Source: Mycobacteriales bacterium (GTDB taxonomy: Bacteria; Actinomycetota; Actinomycetes; Mycobacteriales; QHCD01). From it: 64,000 bases of DNA. Positions 20,288-29,584 of the stretch are shown in pieces. The DNA lies in NCBI GenBank assembly GCA_036497565.1, contig DASXJE010000077.1, positions 13,570 to 77,569 of the forward strand, in the 5' to 3' direction. The notes beneath the pieces are model-generated. The model did not search any database, had not been told where the DNA came from, and was given only the letters and a program-made list of their open reading frames with translations. The position numbers and the translations under genes were made by a program. Numbering within the stretch: the stretch's first letter is position 1; every line of letters starts with the position of its first letter.

Positions 20288-20443
20288 TCACCGTCGATCG
20301 CGTTGCCGTCGTGGGCGATCGTTCGGGACGAACGCGACGTCGTCGATGAAGCACCAGCTCCAGTCCTCGCCCGGCTCGGCCGACCTGATGATCGGGTGCG
20401 GAACCTCGATCGTGTCGCGGTGGGAGCAGACGGCGATGCTCAT
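20288..20443 (-). CDS. internally deleted UBP-type zinc-finger protein (51 aa)
   Basis: ATGA overlap with the stop of the upstream FNR-like gene. The N-terminus CSHRDTIE and the C-terminus HPIIRSAEPGEDWSWCFIDDVAF match the two ends of bacterial zf-UBP proteins, but the Cys/His-rich core is missing. Confidence 0.45.
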   Translation of the reverse strand: MSIAVCSHRDTIEVPHPIIRSAEPGEDWSWCFIDDVAFVPNDRPRRQRDRR

Positions 20444-21165
20444 GTCGGACCGAACCTTTCCGTTCGGATGCGAGCTGGGTCGTGCCCGAGCGCCAAGAGC
20501 GCGTCGGCCACGGCCTCGACGAATCCTGTCGGCCCGCAGACGTAGACGAGCGGGCGCTCGGCCGGCGGCCAGGCGACGTCGGCCAGCAATTTGCGCCCGA
20601 CCCGCCCGGAATGGCCCGTCCACCCCTCGGGCTGCTCGCGCGTCAACGTGATCGCCGCGTCGAAGCCGCCCAGTTCCTGCCGATAGATGAGGTCGTCCCG
20701 CGTGCGCGCGGAGTAGAGGAGCCGCGCGGGAACGCCGCTTCCACTCGCGCGGCGGTGGCGGAGCATCGCCCGCAGCGGGACGACGCCGGAGCCGCCGCCG
20801 ACCAGAAGGAGCGGGCCGCCAAGCGACTCCTTCCAAACGAAGTACCCGCCGATCGGGCCGCGCAGCTCGAGCTGGTCACCAGCGCGCAGCTCATCCGTCA
20901 GGTAAGGAGACACCTCGCCGTCGTTGAGTTTCTCCACGGTCAGGACGAGATGTTCGTCCTCCGGCGCAGACGCGATCGAATAGCTCCGCTGCGCTTGGTA
21001 GCCGTCCTCGGCGGTGAGCCGCACGTCCACGTGCTGTCCTGCAAGGTGGCCGTCCCAGTCGCCGGGATGAAGCACGATGGTCTTCGTGCGTGCTGTCTCG
21101 GCGACGACGTCGACCACGCTCGCGTACTGCCAGGTCAGTCGTCTGTGTATCGCTGTTCTTTCCAT
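20440..21165 (-). CDS. FAD/NAD(P)-binding oxidoreductase (ferredoxin-NADP reductase-like)
   Basis: It has the RSYSIAS FAD motif and the GGGSGVVPLRAML NAD(P) motif. I chose the ATG at 21165, which keeps the conserved TWQYASV N-terminus and overlaps the upstream gene by 31 nt. A GTG at 21117 is an alternative start. Confidence 0.85.
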   Translation of the reverse strand: MERTAIHRRLTWQYASVVDVVAETARTKTIVLHPGDWDGHLAGQHVDVRLTAEDGYQAQRSYSIASAPEDEHLVLTVEKLNDGEVSPYLTDELRAGDQLELRGPIGGYFVWKESLGGPLLLVGGGSGVVPLRAMLRHRRASGSGVPARLLYSARTRDDLIYRQELGGFDAAITLTREQPEGWTGHSGRVGRKLLADVAWPPAERPLVYVCGPTGFVEAVADALLALGHDPARIRTERFGPT

Positions 21166-21743
21166 GGATCTCCATAGTTGTGATACCCGTAGCCCTCCCA
21201 AAACCCCGGTGCGTCCTCCTGGCGAAGCTCGATCCCGCGCACCCATTTCGCGCTCTTCCAGAAGTAGAGATGTGGCACGAGCAGCCGAGCCGGACCGCCG
21301 TGTTCGGGAGCGAGCGGCTTGTCCTCGTACTCATAGACGATCCAGGCCTTGCCGTCGCGGACGTCGTCGAGAGGGATGTTCGTGCTGTAGCCACCGTCGC
21401 TGAACGCGAGGATGTAGCCGGCGCTCGAAGAGACACCGTCCAGCAGGGTGTCGAGCGAGACGCCGATCCACGATGTATCGAGCTTCGACCACTTCGTCAC
21501 ACAGTGGATGTCGACGGTGACACGCTCGCTCGGCAGGGCGATGAACTGCTCCCACGTCCACGTCCTCGGCTCGGCGACCTCGCCCCGGATGTCGAATGTC
21601 CACGACTCGAGCGGGTTGTGCGGAGTCGGTCCGGCCGAGAGCACGGGGAAGTCGCGTGTGAGGTAGTTGCCCGGCGGCACGCGCGCCGCCTGGTCACCGT
21701 CGCTACGACGGCCATGGAAGCCGCGCGAGATCGGCGTCGTCAC
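21135..21743 (-). CDS. sulfite-oxidase-like molybdopterin-dependent oxidoreductase (soluble, about 200 aa)
   Basis: 202 aa, with FPVLSAGPTP...WTFDIRGEV...VDIHCVTKWSKLDTSWIGV typical of small SO-family Mo enzymes. The GTG start overlaps the hydrolase stop (GTGA). Confidence 0.85.
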   Translation of the reverse strand: MTTPISRGFHGRRSDGDQAARVPPGNYLTRDFPVLSAGPTPHNPLESWTFDIRGEVAEPRTWTWEQFIALPSERVTVDIHCVTKWSKLDTSWIGVSLDTLLDGVSSSAGYILAFSDGGYSTNIPLDDVRDGKAWIVYEYEDKPLAPEHGGPARLLVPHLYFWKSAKWVRGIELRQEDAPGFWEGYGYHNYGDPWKEQRYTDD

Positions 21744-22456
21744 GTGCCGACGGTTGCCGCGCTCGCTGTCACGGCCTCGCGAATGACATCGACGACGGCG
21801 TCCGGATGCGACAGCATCACCAAGTGCGAGGCTCCGTCGACCTCGCTCACCTTCGAGCCGGCTCGGGCGAAGGAGAAGCGATGCAACTCAGGCGCGATCG
21901 GTTGGTCTGCTGTTCCGAACACCGCCCATGACGGCTTAACACGCCATGCGGCGGCAGTAGCCGGTTCTTCGAACGCACTGGCTACGAGCGCACGCTGTGC
22001 GTGCGCCATGAACGCCGCCTCGGCGTCGGGGACGTCAGCGCAAAAGATGTCGTGAAAGCGTGACGGGTCGACCGACACCTCGACGCTACCGTCCGGCAAC
22101 GGCCGCGGCTGGAGGAAGTTGCCCATCGCGAGCGATGGAAATCGCCCTTGCAGATCAGCGATCGTCTCGCCTTCGTCCGGCACGAAGCCAGCGACATACA
22201 CGAGCCCGGTGACCTTGTCGGACGCGCCGGCGACCGTGATGACACAACCAGCGTACGAGTGGCCGACGAGCACGACGGGTCCGTCGATCTGATCGATGAC
22301 TGCTCCGAGGTAGGACGCGTCGACAGCTACTCCGCGAAGCGGAACCGCCGCGGCGAACACCGTGTATTCGTCGTCGACGAAATTGTCGTACACGGCGCGC
22401 CAACTCGACGCATCTGCGAAGGCGCCGTGGACGAGAACGATGGTTGGTTTGGACAT
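21740..22456 (-). CDS. alpha/beta hydrolase
   Basis: 238 aa with the oxyanion region IVLVHGAF and the nucleophile elbow GHSYAG. It is the first gene of a four-gene overlapping operon. Confidence 0.85.
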   Translation of the reverse strand: MSKPTIVLVHGAFADASSWRAVYDNFVDDEYTVFAAAVPLRGVAVDASYLGAVIDQIDGPVVLVGHSYAGCVITVAGASDKVTGLVYVAGFVPDEGETIADLQGRFPSLAMGNFLQPRPLPDGSVEVSVDPSRFHDIFCADVPDAEAAFMAHAQRALVASAFEEPATAAAWRVKPSWAVFGTADQPIAPELHRFSFARAGSKVSEVDGASHLVMLSHPDAVVDVIREAVTASAATVGT

Positions 22457-22691
22457 GTGGACCTACTTTCGCTTGTGAGGGACTGGGTGACTCCGCGTTT
22501 CAGGCTGCGCTCGGCGTTCCCGGATCGCGCCCGGGGTTTGCCCCGGTCAGATGCCCGTGTCTGCGCGCTGCCGAGCGAAGCACCGATGTTGCGTGCGAGG
22601 CCCGTGGAAGCACCAGGGAGTTCCCCGGGCGTGTGGCCCGACCAGAAAGAGCATCGTGTGCTCCTACGCTGTATCAGCCATTGGAGGAGCA

Positions 22692-22994
22692 ATGATCATT
22701 CTTCGTTTCAAGATCCATTCCAAGCCGAACAAGAGCGACGAACTAATGGCCGCGCTCGCCGAGATCATCATTCCGGCGCGAGCCACGGAGGGCGTTGTCG
22801 AGTTCGACATCGCCCGCGCCCTTGGCGACCCGGATTCCTTCATCGCGACCGCGATCTATGAGGACGGCTCGGCTCTCGAACGACAGGAGTCACTTCCGCA
22901 GGTGCACAGGGTCATGGCAATGCTCCCGGATTCCCTGATTGCGCAGCCCGAGCGCACGATCTTTGACGCCGCCATCAACCCAACACTCGTCTAG
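22692..22994 (+). CDS. antibiotic-biosynthesis-monooxygenase (ABM) domain protein
   Basis: 100 aa starting at ATG 22692, preceded by GGAGGAG. The size and ferredoxin-like pattern (ILRFKI...F.ATAIYEDGSALERQ) fit the ABM family. The longer 22551 ORF lacks an RBS. Confidence 0.7.
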   Translation: MIILRFKIHSKPNKSDELMAALAEIIIPARATEGVVEFDIARALGDPDSFIATAIYEDGSALERQESLPQVHRVMAMLPDSLIAQPERTIFDAAINPTLV

Positions 22995-23329
22995 TCGGAC
23001 AGCCTGCCCTCAGTCCCCACACCCTGACCACCGTCGAAGTGCCGCGTCTCGCCAACGACGAACGTGGCAGGTTCGAGGTAGTCGGTGCCGGGGACGACCT
23101 CGCTGATCTCGCTAGCCCGCCCGATGGGTGCTACCCGGGGAAGCATGCGTCATCTGACCAGGGCATTACTCGGGCGCGACCGGTGCGCACGCAGCGCAAC
23201 CTTCATGGCAAGCACCGGGTAACGGCATCACGAAGCGAGCTTCGAGGCGAGTCGTGCACGTGACTCGAACCGGTCCCGCGTTCTGTGTGTCCTGCGGATC
23301 ACCACACCTAGCAATGACAGGAGCAATCG

Positions 23330-23911
23330 ATGTATCCGATCAGATCTCGCAACGTAACGTACGGCATCCTTCTCGTGGTGTTGATTTCATTGGCGGTCGC
23401 GGCCTGCGGAAGCGGCGGGGGCACAAACGCTGACACCTCGACGACGCAGACCCAGCCCGCCAGAAGCCGGTCCGGAAATTCAGCCACGGTGCAGACGACG
23501 GTGAGCATTCGGACAGCTGTCCATGTCACGAACACGACTACGAAGGCGTTCAGGGTGAAGCCCGTGGACACGACTGAGTCCGTCGCTGTGGGTCCATCCG
23601 GATACCCGGTCTACACATTCCAGGGTGAAACCACCCAGCACATCATTTGCGAGAAAACGGCACGCACGAAAACCAACTGCTGGGGGTTCTGGCCGCCAGT
23701 GTCGGTGAGCTCGAGCAACGGCATCAACAAGCAAGCTGGGATCGGCGGCGAACTCGGCACGTTCAGCAACCATGGTGTAGTCCAGCTCACCCTGAACGGC
23801 CAACCGCTCTACTACTTCACGCCCGACCTGGCATCCAAGGACACGACGGTGGCCGCTGGCGATCAGCTCAAGACGTTCGGGTCGATCTGGCACATCGTCG
23901 CCACTGGATAG
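23330..23911 (+). CDS. secreted lipoprotein with Y-x-(F/Y)-x-x-(D/E) repeats (COG4315-like)
   Basis: It has a signal peptide plus lipobox LAVAAC and an AGGAG RBS. Two motif copies are present (PVYTFQGE and PLYYFTPD). Confidence 0.8.
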   Translation: MYPIRSRNVTYGILLVVLISLAVAACGSGGGTNADTSTTQTQPARSRSGNSATVQTTVSIRTAVHVTNTTTKAFRVKPVDTTESVAVGPSGYPVYTFQGETTQHIICEKTARTKTNCWGFWPPVSVSSSNGINKQAGIGGELGTFSNHGVVQLTLNGQPLYYFTPDLASKDTTVAAGDQLKTFGSIWHIVATG

Positions 23912-24076
23912 CGAACCCGGAACCTCCGTGGCGTCGTCGTTCTTTCCGTTATCGAAATAAGGCAGGGCAGCGCGCCGGGGAGACCCGACCCGGGTGTCGC
24001 ACGGGTTCGAAGCGCGTGCGCCTCGGGCAATGTTCAAGTCACGTCGTCCACCGCCAACACCAGGAGCAGGAGCGTC

Positions 24077-24928
24077 ATGTCCTCAGCAACACCGGCCGCG
24101 CAGGTCAGGCTCAATCGACGGACACCTTCATATTGCCGGGTCGTCCTCGACAACCCGCCGCTGAACCTCATGGGTCCGGACTTCGTTCTGCAGATGCGAG
24201 AGATCGTGACGGCGCTCGAGAATGACGACCGAGTGAAGGTGGTGGTCTTCGAAAGTGCCGTGGACGGCTTCTTTCTGAACCACTCCGACTTCCTCGCCAA
24301 TTTCGACGACTTGACGGGCATCCCGCAGGGTCCGACCGGTCTCGAGGCATGGCCCGATGTCCTGGCGCGACTGACGCGCGCGCCGTTCGTTTCGATCGGG
24401 CTGATCCGGGGACGGGCGACCGGAAACGGCAGTGAGCTCGCGCTGGCCTGCGACATGAGCTTCGCGAGCCGAGAGAAAGCACTCTTGTCGCACTTCGAAG
24501 TGGGCGTGGGTGTGGTCCCTGGTGGAGGACCTATGGCGCGATTGCCGCGGGTCATGGGACGAGCACGCGCCCTCGAAGTGCTGCTGGGCGCGGACGACAT
24601 CCGAGGCGCCGAGGCCGAGCGTCTTGGCTATGTGAACCGTGCGCTACCGGATGCCGAGCTGGACAGTTTCGTGGAAGCACTGGCAACCCGGATCGCCTCG
24701 TTCGACAAGTGGGCGATCGCCAACACCAAGCACCTCGTCAACGAAGCCAGCCTGCCGCCCGACGTGGAGATCAGAGCAGGCTGGGACGCCTGCATGGCGT
24801 CGGTCAGGCGACCAGCGACCCAGGCACGAGTCAAAACCCTCCTCGAGCGAGGACTCCAGAACCCTGGAGACACGGAGGACCGGCTCGGATTCTCCGTGGG
24901 ACAGCTAAGCCTCAAGAGCGACCGCTGA
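24077..24928 (+). CDS. enoyl-CoA hydratase/isomerase (crotonase) family protein
   Basis: 283 aa with the crotonase pattern NPPLNLMG...VVVFES...GRATGNGSELALACDM. Confidence 0.9.
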   Translation: MSSATPAAQVRLNRRTPSYCRVVLDNPPLNLMGPDFVLQMREIVTALENDDRVKVVVFESAVDGFFLNHSDFLANFDDLTGIPQGPTGLEAWPDVLARLTRAPFVSIGLIRGRATGNGSELALACDMSFASREKALLSHFEVGVGVVPGGGPMARLPRVMGRARALEVLLGADDIRGAEAERLGYVNRALPDAELDSFVEALATRIASFDKWAIANTKHLVNEASLPPDVEIRAGWDACMASVRRPATQARVKTLLERGLQNPGDTEDRLGFSVGQLSLKSDR

Positions 24929-24973
24929 AACCCGAACGACCTATTGTCACCCTCTGGAAGGAAGCACATCACC

Positions 24974-25363
24974 ATGGACCTGCTGACTACCGCGAAGAAG
25001 ATCGCCGACCACGTCGAGGCCGAGTCGCTCAAACAAAACGTTCCTGTCGCGGTAACCGTCATCGACGTCCACGGCAATGTCGTTCTCACTCATCGCATGA
25101 CCGGAGCGCCTGCCTTCTCACTCGAGCTTGCCGAGCGAAAGGCTTACACGTCCGCGCTCGTCGGCATCCGCACCGCCGACCTGGTTCCTCTCGTGCAACC
25201 AGGCGCGGAGCTCTATCCTCTCCTAGCCGTCTCCGGCGGTAGATACTCCGCGATGGGCGGCGGCGTGCCAGTCACCAGCGAAGGCCAACTGATCGCCGGC
25301 GTAGGTGTCAGCGGCGGAACCACGGAGCAGGACATTGCGATTGTCGAAGCGGCGATGAGCTAA
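24974..25363 (+). CDS. GlcG/HbpS-like heme-binding (DUF336) protein
   Basis: ATG at 24974 with a GGAAGGAAG RBS upstream. The C-terminal GGGVPV...LIAGVGVSGGTTEQD motif is typical of DUF336. Confidence 0.8.
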   Translation: MDLLTTAKKIADHVEAESLKQNVPVAVTVIDVHGNVVLTHRMTGAPAFSLELAERKAYTSALVGIRTADLVPLVQPGAELYPLLAVSGGRYSAMGGGVPVTSEGQLIAGVGVSGGTTEQDIAIVEAAMS

Positions 25364-25847
25364 GTCCTAGCCACCGACCGAGTCGCGTGGCCGCCGGTGT
25401 CGGTCGATAGGTTTCGTGTGGCGCTTGCGCGAGCGCAAGCTGGGGGGCGACGACTTTCGCGCGGATGGTCTGGCGGGTCATGCGCAGTTGCAGATGTTCC
25501 GCGATTCGCACGGCATCGCGTTGCGGCACATGTCCAAGACACAACAAGACCGTTGATGTTCGACCGCGCCAACTCGCGGCCGACGCTGCTGGGTTGACTG
25601 TCGCCACGCTCGGCGAGGGCGCACGCCCGGCCCTCGGCGGACGGAGAGTTCGTGAGCAACCGGCCAGAGCGTAAAGAGCCGCCGTGTCAAGGTCTCGGGA
25701 TGCTCCGATGCATGGTCACGTGCGTGACCACCTGCGCAGCCGCTGCAGAGGATTCGATCACAACGTCGATTGCCCCGCTGCGCCGTGACCGCCGGACCAG
25801 GGCTAACCACGGGTGCGATCGAACGGCCTGGGCGCGACCGTAGCGTC

Positions 25848-26424
25848 ATGAGAGCGGCACAAGACACCATCGCGCCGAGGGAATCGCGCCGGATACAGCC
25901 ATCGGCTGTCCTCGGCCCGATGCCAGCTCCCGGGGGCTATCGGGACCGGGTCGTTTGCGCCCACACAGCGACCGTTCACCGGCTCGCGTACCGCCTGGCG
26001 GCAACCCGCACGACGCCGCAAACATTACCCACGAACCGACCGTCGACGGCGAGATGCAAGCAGCGCTGAATGCGCTCGCTCCCGAAGTTCGCGCTGCGGT
26101 CGAAAGATGAGGGGTCCGTGGCCGCTCGTTGTAGGGCCCAAGTCCGGTCGACCCGCTGGTGGTGCCCAGTGGTGGCGAGTCGACCACCATTGTGAAGTTA
26201 GCAGCGGCCTTCCGTCTGCTCGAGCCGTTCAGCTCGTGCATGCCGCAATACAGACGCTCTCGATCGAACACCGGCAGGTGCTATTCGAGTGCTACTACCG
26301 CGGCGCATCAATCGACGATGCCGCCGACACGCTCGGCGTGCCACCCGACACCGTCAAGTACCGCACCCACCACGCATTCCGCGCTCTACGACAGGCGCTC
26401 GACGGCATGGGAGGCGCCGCCTGA
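25848..26424 (+). pseudogene. ECF sigma-70 family factor, frameshifted
   Basis: A region-2-like segment (TVHRLAYRLA then, one frame over, GNPHDAANITHE) and an intact region 4 (LSIEHRQVLFECYYRGASIDDAADTLGVPPDTVKYRTHHAFRALRQAL, 26107-26424 ORF) lie in different frames separated by stops. The total span equals one ECF sigma gene. Confidence 0.5.
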
Positions 26425-26639
26425 CGAAATGCGACCTCCGGCCACTCTGACCGTTGTAGCGTCCTCGCCCTTCCGTCACGTACCTCATGGACCACCGTCC
26501 CGGGTCATGGTGAGGTCGACAGTGCCGGTTCCCGCGGAGGGGCGACCGCGGTGAGAATCAACAAAGTCCCCACGTAAAGGGCGACGCCGCCACAGCTCCA
26601 ACCTGCTCAGGCGGCGGCCTCAAAGCCACAGACCGCCTT

Positions 26640-27524
26640 TCAACGCGCCCGGCGAAGGAAGTCGACGACCAGATCTGTGGTTGCCTGCGGTTGCTCTTCG
26701 GTGATCCAGTGCCCGCAATCGGGGATGATCGCATCTTCGACGTTATCGGCGACGCACCGTATGACCTCGCCGATCCCGGGGCCGAACGTGGCGTCGCCGC
26801 CAAAGGCCAAGACGGGCATCTGAAGCTTGTTGCCCTGCGCTAGGAACGTCCTGTTGTCGGCCGCATCTTGGCTGAATGCCAGGAACTGGGCAAAGCTTGC
26901 TCGCATTGCGCCGGGTTGCGCGTAGAGAGCCGCATAGTGCTCGCGTTTCGCCTCATCAAACCGCTTCGGATCGACGGATAGTTCGTTCCAGAAGCGATCG
27001 AGGTAGGTGCGCTCGCGGCCGGCGACCAGGCGCTCCATGTCGTGACCGCCGAAGCCGAAGTGCCACATGGTCGGGTCCTGTCTGATCTGATCCCAGGCTC
27101 CGATGCCGGGTAGCGGCGCATCGATTGCCACCCATCGGCTCACGCGCTCGGGATGGGTGGCGGCTACGGCGAAGCCGACCATGATGCCGATGTCGTGCGT
27201 CACCAATTCGGCGGTATGCACATCCAGAGCGTCCAGGACGCCCCACACGTCCGCCGCCTGATTCTTCTTGTCGTAGCCGCCATCCGGCTTTGACGAGCGG
27301 CCTAACCCACGCAGGTCGGGCACGATAACTTGGTGGTCTTCGATGAGTGCGCTCGCCAGATGACCCCACATGTCGCCGGTTGTGCCGAAGCCGTGCAGCA
27401 GGACGACCGCGGGACCATTCCCGCCGAGGCGTACGTGGATCTTCGCGCCGTTGGTCTCGATCTCACGCGACTGCGTACCGGCCGGGAAGGGGTAGATGCC
27501 ATCCTGATGGCAGTTGTCGTTCAT
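26640..27524 (-). CDS. alpha/beta hydrolase (epoxide hydrolase / haloalkane dehalogenase-like)
   Basis: 294 aa with VVLLHGFGTTGDMW, the nucleophile region THDIGIMVG and a C-terminal CGHWITEEQP. Confidence 0.9.
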   Translation of the reverse strand: MNDNCHQDGIYPFPAGTQSREIETNGAKIHVRLGGNGPAVVLLHGFGTTGDMWGHLASALIEDHQVIVPDLRGLGRSSKPDGGYDKKNQAADVWGVLDALDVHTAELVTHDIGIMVGFAVAATHPERVSRWVAIDAPLPGIGAWDQIRQDPTMWHFGFGGHDMERLVAGRERTYLDRFWNELSVDPKRFDEAKREHYAALYAQPGAMRASFAQFLAFSQDAADNRTFLAQGNKLQMPVLAFGGDATFGPGIGEVIRCVADNVEDAIIPDCGHWITEEQPQATTDLVVDFLRRAR

Positions 27525-27879
27525 CGCTTTGCTCCTGGTCTGAAGGGAATGTGGCCGCTGCGGCGAGGACGGCCGGGGATAGAGCTGTTATCGAAATGGA
27601 AGTCCGCGTGGGCGGCAGGACCCGCGCCGCTACGACCACCATCCCGTTCGGACGGCTCGGCCCGCGCCCGGGGAATGCCCGGGCCGTTCGGCCCCGGTCC
27701 GCGCTCGTTGTGCACCCGGCCGAACGAACCGTGCATCGACCGGAGGTTCGGCATCACTGCAGCCGGAGAACCCGACGCTCAAGCGGCCGCTCGTGCTGAT
27801 GTCCGAGCTAGGGCGCACGACCGTGCTGCACAGGCGGTCAGTCGATGCCTGCTGTTGCGCTGGCGCAGTGACCTGGCCA

Positions 27880-28210
27880 AGTTGGTCACTGCCGGCCCGG
27901 CCTGATGCATCCTGCCGCGAGTGCACCTCGAACTCTGGCCGGTCATCCTTCCGCGTCCGCCTCGATCACGTAGGTATCCAGGCGCGCACCATTTGTTACG
28001 TCCACGAAGTCACCACCTCCTGAAATTGGCTGCAGAAGGACCGTCGAGCGCCGAATGTCGTGCGCTATCCAGCGCGTTGGCGGCGATGGCGAGGCTGGCG
28101 GCGTGTGCAACAGCGAATGCTGAGTAAGGCCGGGTGGCACAGGCCCCGTTCGAACGGGCGGCCTCAGCTTGAGTCGGCTGTCTGGGATGTTGCCGTAGTA
28201 GCCGTGCACG
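27880..28210 (-). pseudogene. aspartate 1-decarboxylase (PanD-like) remnant
   Basis: The minus-strand translation ...DFVDVTNGARLDTYVIEADAEG* matches the conserved PanD block (V.I.NGAR..TY.I.GERGSG) and ends in a premature stop at 27943. Weaker similarity continues downstream in the same frame (GALAAGCIRPG). Confidence 0.4.
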
Positions 28211-28479
28211 TCCTCGCGGCTTCGTGCCCGCTGTGGTCGCGCAGCCGAGCGACCACCTTGTCTCGCCGTTGGCGACACGATCCCGGTATCACCTCAGACC
28301 AGATCGACGCCGAGGGAACGTAGCGGACCGGCGGCTCGACTCCCCAACTTGAGTCAAATAGGAAGCCCCTGGTCACCAACGACCGGACATGCGCGCAGCG
28401 GTCCAACCGGATATGCCGCCCTGCGGCTCTACGGGCTTTGCCGCTGTCGGAGCCTTGACGTTCGCGCGAGACTTGTCGC

Positions 28480-29433
28480 GTGGGTCTCTACCCGCCCATC
28501 GAGCCGTACCAGACCGGGATGCTGCCGGTGTCCGACGGGCACGTCCTGTACTGGGAAACGGTCGGTACACCAGACGGCGTCCCTGCGATGTATCTGCACG
28601 GCGGCCCGGGCTCCGCAACCGGGCCGGGCGCGCGCCGGCACTTCGATCCCACCCGCTACCGAGCCGTTCTGTTCGATCAGCGCGGCTGCGGTCGAAGCAC
28701 ACCGTCAGCCAGCGATCCGGACGCTGACCTGCGCAGCAACACCACTGCCCATCTCATCGCGGATATCGAACGGCTACGTGACTACCTCGATGTGGACCGC
28801 TTCGTGGTCTACGGCGTGTCGTGGGGCGTCACCCTTGCGCTGGCGTATGCGCAGACCCACCCCGCACGGGTGCGGGCGATGGTGCTGTCCGCGGTCACCG
28901 CCGGGTCACGACGTGAGATCGACTGGATCGTCCGCGACATGGGCCGCATATTCCCCCGCGAATGGGACCGGTTCATCTCACTCGTGCCGTCAGTCGCCGT
29001 CTCGGGCAACATCCCCGCCGCCTACGCCGCACTTCTCGCCGATCCCGATCCCGCGGTGCGCGAGCGCGCGGCGTCGGCCTGGTGCGTCTGGGAGGACACA
29101 CACGTGTCCCTCATGCCGGACTGGGAGCCATGGCTACAAAGGTTGCCCGCGGACGAGCGGCTCGTCTTCGCCAGGCTCGTCACCCACTACTGGGGCAACG
29201 GCTGCTTCCTCACAGACGGCCAGATCCTGGCCAACATCGATCAGGTGGCGCACATCCCCGCGACGCTGATCCACGGCCGCTACGACGTGTCCGGTCCGCT
29301 CGACACAGCCTGGCACCTCCGCCAAGCCTGGCCGGCAAGCCAACTCGTCGTCCTCGGCGACGCCGGCCACGGCGGTGACAGCTTCGGCACCGCAACCGTC
29401 GACGCGCTCGACAGCTACGCCACGACGACCTGA
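28480..29433 (+). CDS. pip: prolyl aminopeptidase (proline iminopeptidase)
   Basis: 317 aa, with YPPIEPYQTGMLPVSDGHVLYWE..G.P.G.P....HGGPG and the nucleophile GVSWG, the canonical Pip signature. Confidence 0.92.
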   Translation: MGLYPPIEPYQTGMLPVSDGHVLYWETVGTPDGVPAMYLHGGPGSATGPGARRHFDPTRYRAVLFDQRGCGRSTPSASDPDADLRSNTTAHLIADIERLRDYLDVDRFVVYGVSWGVTLALAYAQTHPARVRAMVLSAVTAGSRREIDWIVRDMGRIFPREWDRFISLVPSVAVSGNIPAAYAALLADPDPAVRERAASAWCVWEDTHVSLMPDWEPWLQRLPADERLVFARLVTHYWGNGCFLTDGQILANIDQVAHIPATLIHGRYDVSGPLDTAWHLRQAWPASQLVVLGDAGHGGDSFGTATVDALDSYATTT

Positions 29434-29584
29434 ACATCGATTCGCGGAGACCCGCCGCCGGCGCCTCAACCATGGTGACCGACCAGCATTGCAGCTCGCA
29501 CATAGCTTGGCCCGCCCGTGGCCGCCGCAAATGCCGCGTAATCGGGGACAGCGAACCGGTTGCGACGTGCCGCCGGCACCGGTT

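Noticed and set aside
25400-25700. Minus-strand HTH-like strings (SAEGRACALAERGDSQPS..., VPQRDAVRIAEHLQLRMTRQTI) as a transposase or regulator remnant
   Set aside because: The similarity is too short and is spread over three frames, so no family can be named without a database search. It is mentioned only as part of the decayed region.
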